NCBI RefSeq assembly: GCF_009914755.1 | Contig: NC_060944.1 | Strand: one strand, 5' to 3' | Source of the DNA: the human T2T-CHM13v2.0 reference genome, Homo sapiens | Length of the DNA stretch: 64,000 nt | Shown here: in pieces, positions 57,944-64,000 of the stretch | Layout of the letters: each line of letters starts with the position of its first letter | How positions within the stretch are numbered: position 1 is the first letter of the stretch | Program-made: the position numbers and the translations under genes | The notes under the pieces: generated by a model | What the model was told of the DNA's origin: nothing | Databases searched by the model: none | What the model saw: the letters and a program-made list of their open reading frames with translations, nothing else

Positions 57944-58367
57944 TGAGCCACTGCACCCGGCCAATGCTAGCTATTTTAAAAAAATATTATTATTAGCTAT
58001 TATTTTTATTTTTATTATTTTATTAAGGGATATATTAATATCCATAATTAGGACTGTAACTTTCTTTCTTTCTTTTTTTTTTTTTGATTCGGAGTCTCGC
58101 TCTGTTGCCCAGGCTGGAGTGCAATGGCACAATCTTCGGCTCACTGCAACCTCTGCCTCCCGGGTTCGAGCAATTCTCCTGCCTCAGCCTCCTGAGTAGC
58201 TGGGATTACAGGCGCCCACCACCATGCCCAGCTAATTTTTGTATTTTTAGTAGAGACGGGGTTTCACCATATTGGCCAGGCTGGTCTTCTGGCCTGGCTG
58301 GTCTCAAACTTCTGACCTGGTGATCCACCCTCCTCGGCCTCCCAAAGTGCTGGGATTACAGGCGTGA

Positions 58368-58797
<430 letters not shown>

Positions 58798-58862
58798 TGA
58801 ACTCTTGACCTCAGGTAATCTGGCCTCCTCGGCCTCCCCTAGTGTTGGGATTACAGGCGTGA

Positions 58863-59069
<207 letters not shown>

Positions 59070-59279
59070 TAGAGATGGGATTTTGCTATGTTGGCCAGGT
59101 TGGTCTGAAACTCCTGACCTCAAGTGATCCACCTGCCTTGGCCTCCCAAAGTGCTGAGATTACAGGCATGGGCCACCGCGCCTGGGCTTAGTGCAATATT
59201 TGAGGCACTCAGATTTTTTTTTTCCTGTGCTGCTGGTTTTGGTCCTATGTGGGCAATAAAACAAGGAACCTTTCAGGAA

Positions 59280-59440
59280 AGTACTTCTCACACTTTAATG
59301 TGCATGCTAATTATCTGGAGAGTCTTGTTAGAATGCAGATTCTGATTCTGCAGGTTTGGGGTGGGGACTGGGATTCTGCATTTCTAACAGGTTCCCAGAT
59401 AAGGCCAATGTTTCTGGTTCAAGGATCCCACTTAGGGTAG
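59280..59440. mobile_element. MER5A-like DNA transposon
   Basis: aatgcagattctgattc...tggggtgggg..ttctgcatttctaacaggttcccag. Confidence 0.75.
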
Positions 59441-59664
59441 CAGAGCTTTAGACTTAATTCCATCAGCAGATTCCTTATTACCTATTTCTGATAGAATTCT
59501 TGGTGCTCTCAGGAATCTGAAGCCCAGATAATAGAGGGAGATCCCAGGTGTCCTCTGCCACCCTGTTAGCTGAGGGAGACCCAAAAACTTTGGCTTCCGT
59601 GAAAAGTCCTCCTCCAGTTGTCCCCAAAGTTGTAGCATGAGTCCTTCCAAATCTTTTCTCATGA

Positions 59665-59944
<280 letters not shown>

Positions 59945-60047
59945 TAGCCAGGATGGTCTTGATCTCCTGACCTCGTGATCCGCCCGCCTCGGCCTCCCAA
60001 AGTGCTGGGATTACAGGCGTGAGCCACAGCGCCCGGCCTATGTTTTA

Positions 60048-60479
60048 CATATATAACAATTTATATATAACTACATATATAATATATATAACAGTTTATA
60101 TATATATATAACAGTTTATATATATAATATATATAACAGTTTATATATATATATAACAGTTTATATATATAATATATATAAGTTTATATATTATATATAA
60201 CAGTTTATATATAACAGTTTATATATAATATATATAAGTTTATATATAACAGTTTATATATATAATATATATAAGTTTATATATAATATATATAAGTTTA
60301 TATATATGTTTATATATAATATATATAACAGTTTATATATATAATATATATAACAGTTTATATATATAATATATATAACAGTTTATATATATAATATATA
60401 TAACAGTTTATATATATAATATATATAAGTTTATATATATAATATATATAACAGTTTATATATATTATATATATATATA
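60048..60479 (+). repeat. AT-rich minisatellite (unit about 24 bp, aacagtttatatatataatatatat)
   Basis: About 430 bp of degenerate tandem units. Confidence 0.92.
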
Positions 60480-60557
60480 TGCACACACACAAAGAGAGAG
60501 AGAGAGACTCGCTCTGTCGCCCAGGCTGTAGTGCAGTGGTGTAATCACAGCTCACTA

Positions 60558-61043
60558 TGAGGCAGGAGAACAGGGAATCAGGGTAACCGGGGGTTAAGAC
60601 ATAAGCAAATGAAGGGGTGCAGCCAGTTCTAGGCAGCATACAGGCCACATCTTCAATCCTATGATAACGAGACAGAAGTTTCCACTTCCGCCTCCGATTG
60701 ACCGTGGGGCCAAATCTCCACTTCAGCCTCTGATTGGCTGTGGGCCAAGTCTCCACTTCAGCCTCTGATTTGGTCGCAGGCCAATCCTTCATAGGTGTAG
60801 CCAACTGGAGGCTTCTAAAGGGCACCTAGGGGTGTTGCCAGGTCCCTTTAGCTTAATACAAACCCTGATTGAGGAGGCTCTTGAGCAGCTTGCTCTAACC
60901 AGCTGCCGCTATGAATCGTCTTCAATAAATCTATGCTTTTGTTATTCCGTTCTTCTGTTGCTGTTTGTCTTTCGTTGCCCTTCTGTTACTTTATGTGTTT
61001 TGTTCAACACGCCAAGAACCTGGACAACTCTATGCTGGTAACA
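60558..61043 (+). mobile_element. Solo ERV1-class LTR (MER51-like; subfamily uncertain) inserted into an Alu
   Basis: TG...CA ends, 4-bp TSD acta/actg, tandem CCAAT/ATTGG units, AATAAA at 60924. The Alu resumes after it. Confidence 0.8.
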
Positions 61044-61147
61044 ACTGCAGGTAACCTGGTAACAACTGCAGTTTCAAACTCTCCTGGGCTCAACCCCAGC
61101 CTCCCAGGTAGCTGAGACTATAGACGCATGCCACCACACCTGGCTAA

Positions 61148-61423
<276 letters not shown>

Positions 61424-62910
61424 TAGGGTTACAGATGTAGTTTTTAAAGTTTTTGTAGAGTGGGGTCTTGCTGTGTTGCCCAGGCTGGTCTTAGACTCCT
61501 GGCCTCATGTGATCCTCCTCGGTCTCCCAAAGTGCTGTGATTACAGGTGTGAGCCATTGTGCCCAGCCCAATTTTTAATTAAAAAATGGAATGATGGAAT
61601 GCACATTACTTTGCATCTTTTCCCCCTTAAAAATACATTCTTAGTATACCTAAAGGAGTAAATCTACCTCATTCTTTTGAAAAGTGGCCTAATATTCCAT
61701 AGAATGGGTGTATCGTGATTTATTCAATTTATTTAATGTATCAGTGGGCATTCTGGCTGGTTCCAGATTTTTGCCATTGAACAATCTCATGCATACATCT
61801 TTATGATGTGGTGCACTTAAAATCTTTAAGAGACAGATTCAATATCTTAAGGTGTAACAACCACCCAGATCATGGTACTTTTATCCTTATATTAAAATTT
61901 TTTTCTGTTAACCTTGGATAGCTGCTTACATATTTTTTCTTTTTTAAAATTTTTCTATTAACCTTGACATGGTGCTTTTACTTCCTAAAGTGGAATTCCT
62001 GTATGAAAGCCTATGAGCTTTTATATCTTACTCATTGCAGCTGCATTACTGTGGGAGCTGTCCCTCTAGAGACACTGGGCTGCAATGGGAAGTGTCAGGG
62101 AGAGCTTAAGCTCCATATCACTTGAGTCTAAACCTGGAGGGATAGAGCGTGTCCGTGAGGATCCCAGGGCCTGGAGAGCAATTTAGGGTAATATTCAGAA
62201 AGCAGCGCTCAGGAGAAGCACTGGGACGCTGTTTAGGTAAAATCAACCCAAAAGACCCTGATTCCCAGAGTACTTTGAGGTCCAGAAGAACTGGGCTGGA
62301 AGCAGGTCCTGCTATTAATTGGCTGTGATCTTGGGCAAGTTATTTAACTTCTCCAGGTCACAGTTTGCTCTTTGGAAAACGGAGATAAGTCACACCTGCT
62401 TTCAGGGCGGACACCCTTACTTTACATCAGAATCATCCGATGCCATTCCTAGCGTTTCGGCTTCAGTAGGTGGGAATCAATTATTTGCATTTCTAATAGG
62501 TAATCAGTTGATAATGATGCGGCCGGTCCGGTACACTCGAAAAACCACTGTTCCAGGATATTCCAAGATGTTCCAAGAGTCTTAAACACCTGGTGCAGTT
62601 CCGAGCACAAGGCACACGAACGGTGCTATTAGCGTTTCTAACCCCGCAGAGAACTCCTCGCACCCCAGTCCTCAAAATCCCGCCCCGGACAGCGGAGGCC
62701 CGGGCAGTAGCTTCCAGACCCAATTGCCCGCGCAAGGGGGCGTGGCAGCATCGTTGGGCGGGGCCGCCTGTAAGAGAACGCGGCTAAAGGTGGGGCCAAG
62801 CGTGCGGTTTGCTGCGCCTGCGTGAGGAAAAAGAGGGGGGCGTGGCTCCAGGCCGGAAGAGGGAGTCTGTAGGGGCGGGCCGGCTGGCGTCCCCTTTCCG
62901 GCCGGTCCCC

Positions 62911-62998
62911 ATGGAGGCGCTGGGGAAGCTGAAGCAGTTCGATGCCTACCCCAAGACTTTGGAGGACTTCCGGGTCAAGACCTGCGGGGGCGCCACCG
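62911..62998 (+). CDS. ERGIC3: ERGIC3 coding exon 1 (MEALGKLKQFDAYPKTLEDFRVKTCGGAT)
   Basis: Erv46/ERGIC3 N-terminal FDAYPK motif; donor |gtaggc. Confidence 0.96.
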
Positions 62999-63135
62999 GT
63001 AGGCCGCAGCGGGGCCGGGGTCGCGTGGAGGGGGGCGTCCTAGAGCTTAGCCCGGGCTCCTGGACTCTGACTGGCCTGCCGGTGTCTGAGGGAGCGGATT
63101 CGAGGCCATTCTGACCCTCGCCCCTTGTCCTGCAG

Positions 63136-63206
63136 TGACCATTGTCAGTGGCCTTCTCATGCTGCTACTGTTCCTGTCCGAGCTGCAGTATTACCTCACC
63201 ACGGAG
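63136..63206 (+). CDS. ERGIC3: ERGIC3 exon 2 (TM helix TIVSGLLMLLLFLSELQYYLTTE)
   Basis: gcag| ... |gtaagg. 71 nt, phase 1-0. Confidence 0.95.
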
Positions 63207-63325
63207 GTAAGGGGCGGGGCTTAGTGCGTGGGCGGGGCTTGGCATTCTAGGAGTAGGACCTTTAGGGGTGGGAGTGGGGAAGGAGAGGTTTGGGGCTAAG
63301 TCTTACTGAGGTAGCGCTGCCCCAG

Positions 63326-63413
63326 GTGCATCCTGAGCTCTACGTGGACAAGTCGCGGGGAGATAAACTGAAGATCAACATCGATGTACTTTTTCCGCAC
63401 ATGCCTTGTGCCT
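63326..63413 (+). CDS. ERGIC3: ERGIC3 exon 3 ([29 protein letters not shown])
   Basis: ccag| ... |gtgagt. 88 nt, phase 0-1. Confidence 0.95.
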
Positions 63414-63634
63414 GTGAGTACCTCACCATGGGTGGGACTGGAGAGACCCAGGGTTCTCATGTGGGCTGCCAGATTCACACCTCCACCCTTAGGTTCTGGA
63501 CTGGACCCCAGGACAACCTCCTTCTCCTCATCCCGTTCTGCCCCAAGACAGGCCCAGTATCCCCTTCCCCTCCAAAACCCACATCCCCTTGTCCCTAGGG
63601 TCCCAGTACCTTAGCCTGATTTTCCTGCTTCCAG

Positions 63635-63754
63635 ATCTGAGTATTGATGCCATGGATGTGGCCGGAGAACAGCAGCTGGATGTGGAACACAACCTGTTCA
63701 AGCAACGACTAGATAAAGATGGCATCCCCGTGAGCTCAGAGGCTGAGCGGCATG
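63635..63754 (+). CDS. ERGIC3: ERGIC3 exon 4 ([15 protein letters not shown]...AERH)
   Basis: ccag| ... |gtaacc. 120 nt, phase 1-1. Confidence 0.95.
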
Positions 63755-64000
63755 GTAACCAGGGGAGGGGGCCGGGTCTCAGATCCCAAAGCTGGATGTA
63801 CCCAAGCCTATCTGCTAGCAAGTGAACTGTGGCAGGCATAGTGATACATTAAACAACTAAGAGCTAGAGAAGTCAAGTGACTTGCCTAGGGTCCCCCAGC
63901 TAGTAAGAGTCAGAGTGAGCTAAAATCCTCTATACATATCGAGTCAGGTAATCTACCTGGCTATTATTCTCAGAGGTCCTCAATACCTGCAGATGGTAGT

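Larger units (their letters stand above)
62500..63250 (+). promoter_or_regulatory. ERGIC3: CpG-island promoter of ERGIC3 with GC boxes
   Basis: High CpG density. GGGCGG boxes near 62756 and 62873; CCGGAAG ETS-like site near 62853. Confidence 0.85.

Noticed and set aside
60048-60790. CRISPR-like repeat arrays
   Set aside because: Mammalian DNA; the repeats are contiguous minisatellite or LTR units without unique spacers, and there are no cas genes.

Overview
Human genomic DNA, recognisable from the encoded proteins as chr20q11.22, and very Alu-rich. The + strand carries the last 18 coding exons of CEP250 (C-Nap1). They splice at GT-AG junctions into one 1744-codon frame, with the stop at 32519-32521 and AATAAA at 32844. 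The first 4 coding exons and the CpG-island promoter of ERGIC3 lie at the right end. The main finding is on the - strand between the two genes (about 34.7-50.6 kb). What looks like one small ORF gene (C20orf173) is the first of four tandem, intron-containing copies of an ST3GAL1/ST3GAL2-type alpha-2,3-sialyltransferase gene (GT29) in different states of decay. Unit A (C20orf173) can be spliced to a truncated 202-aa protein. Unit B (41.9-44.3 kb) is nearly intact: about 337 codons, sialylmotifs L, S, III and VS, and one in-frame TGA. Unit C (34.8-36.7 kb) has all exons but many frameshifts. Unit D (37.3-38.3 kb) is an internally deleted remnant. The units share exon phases, poly(A) sites, intron sequence and a promoter-like block. 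All homology calls come from reading and translating by eye and from remembered protein sequences; no searches were run.
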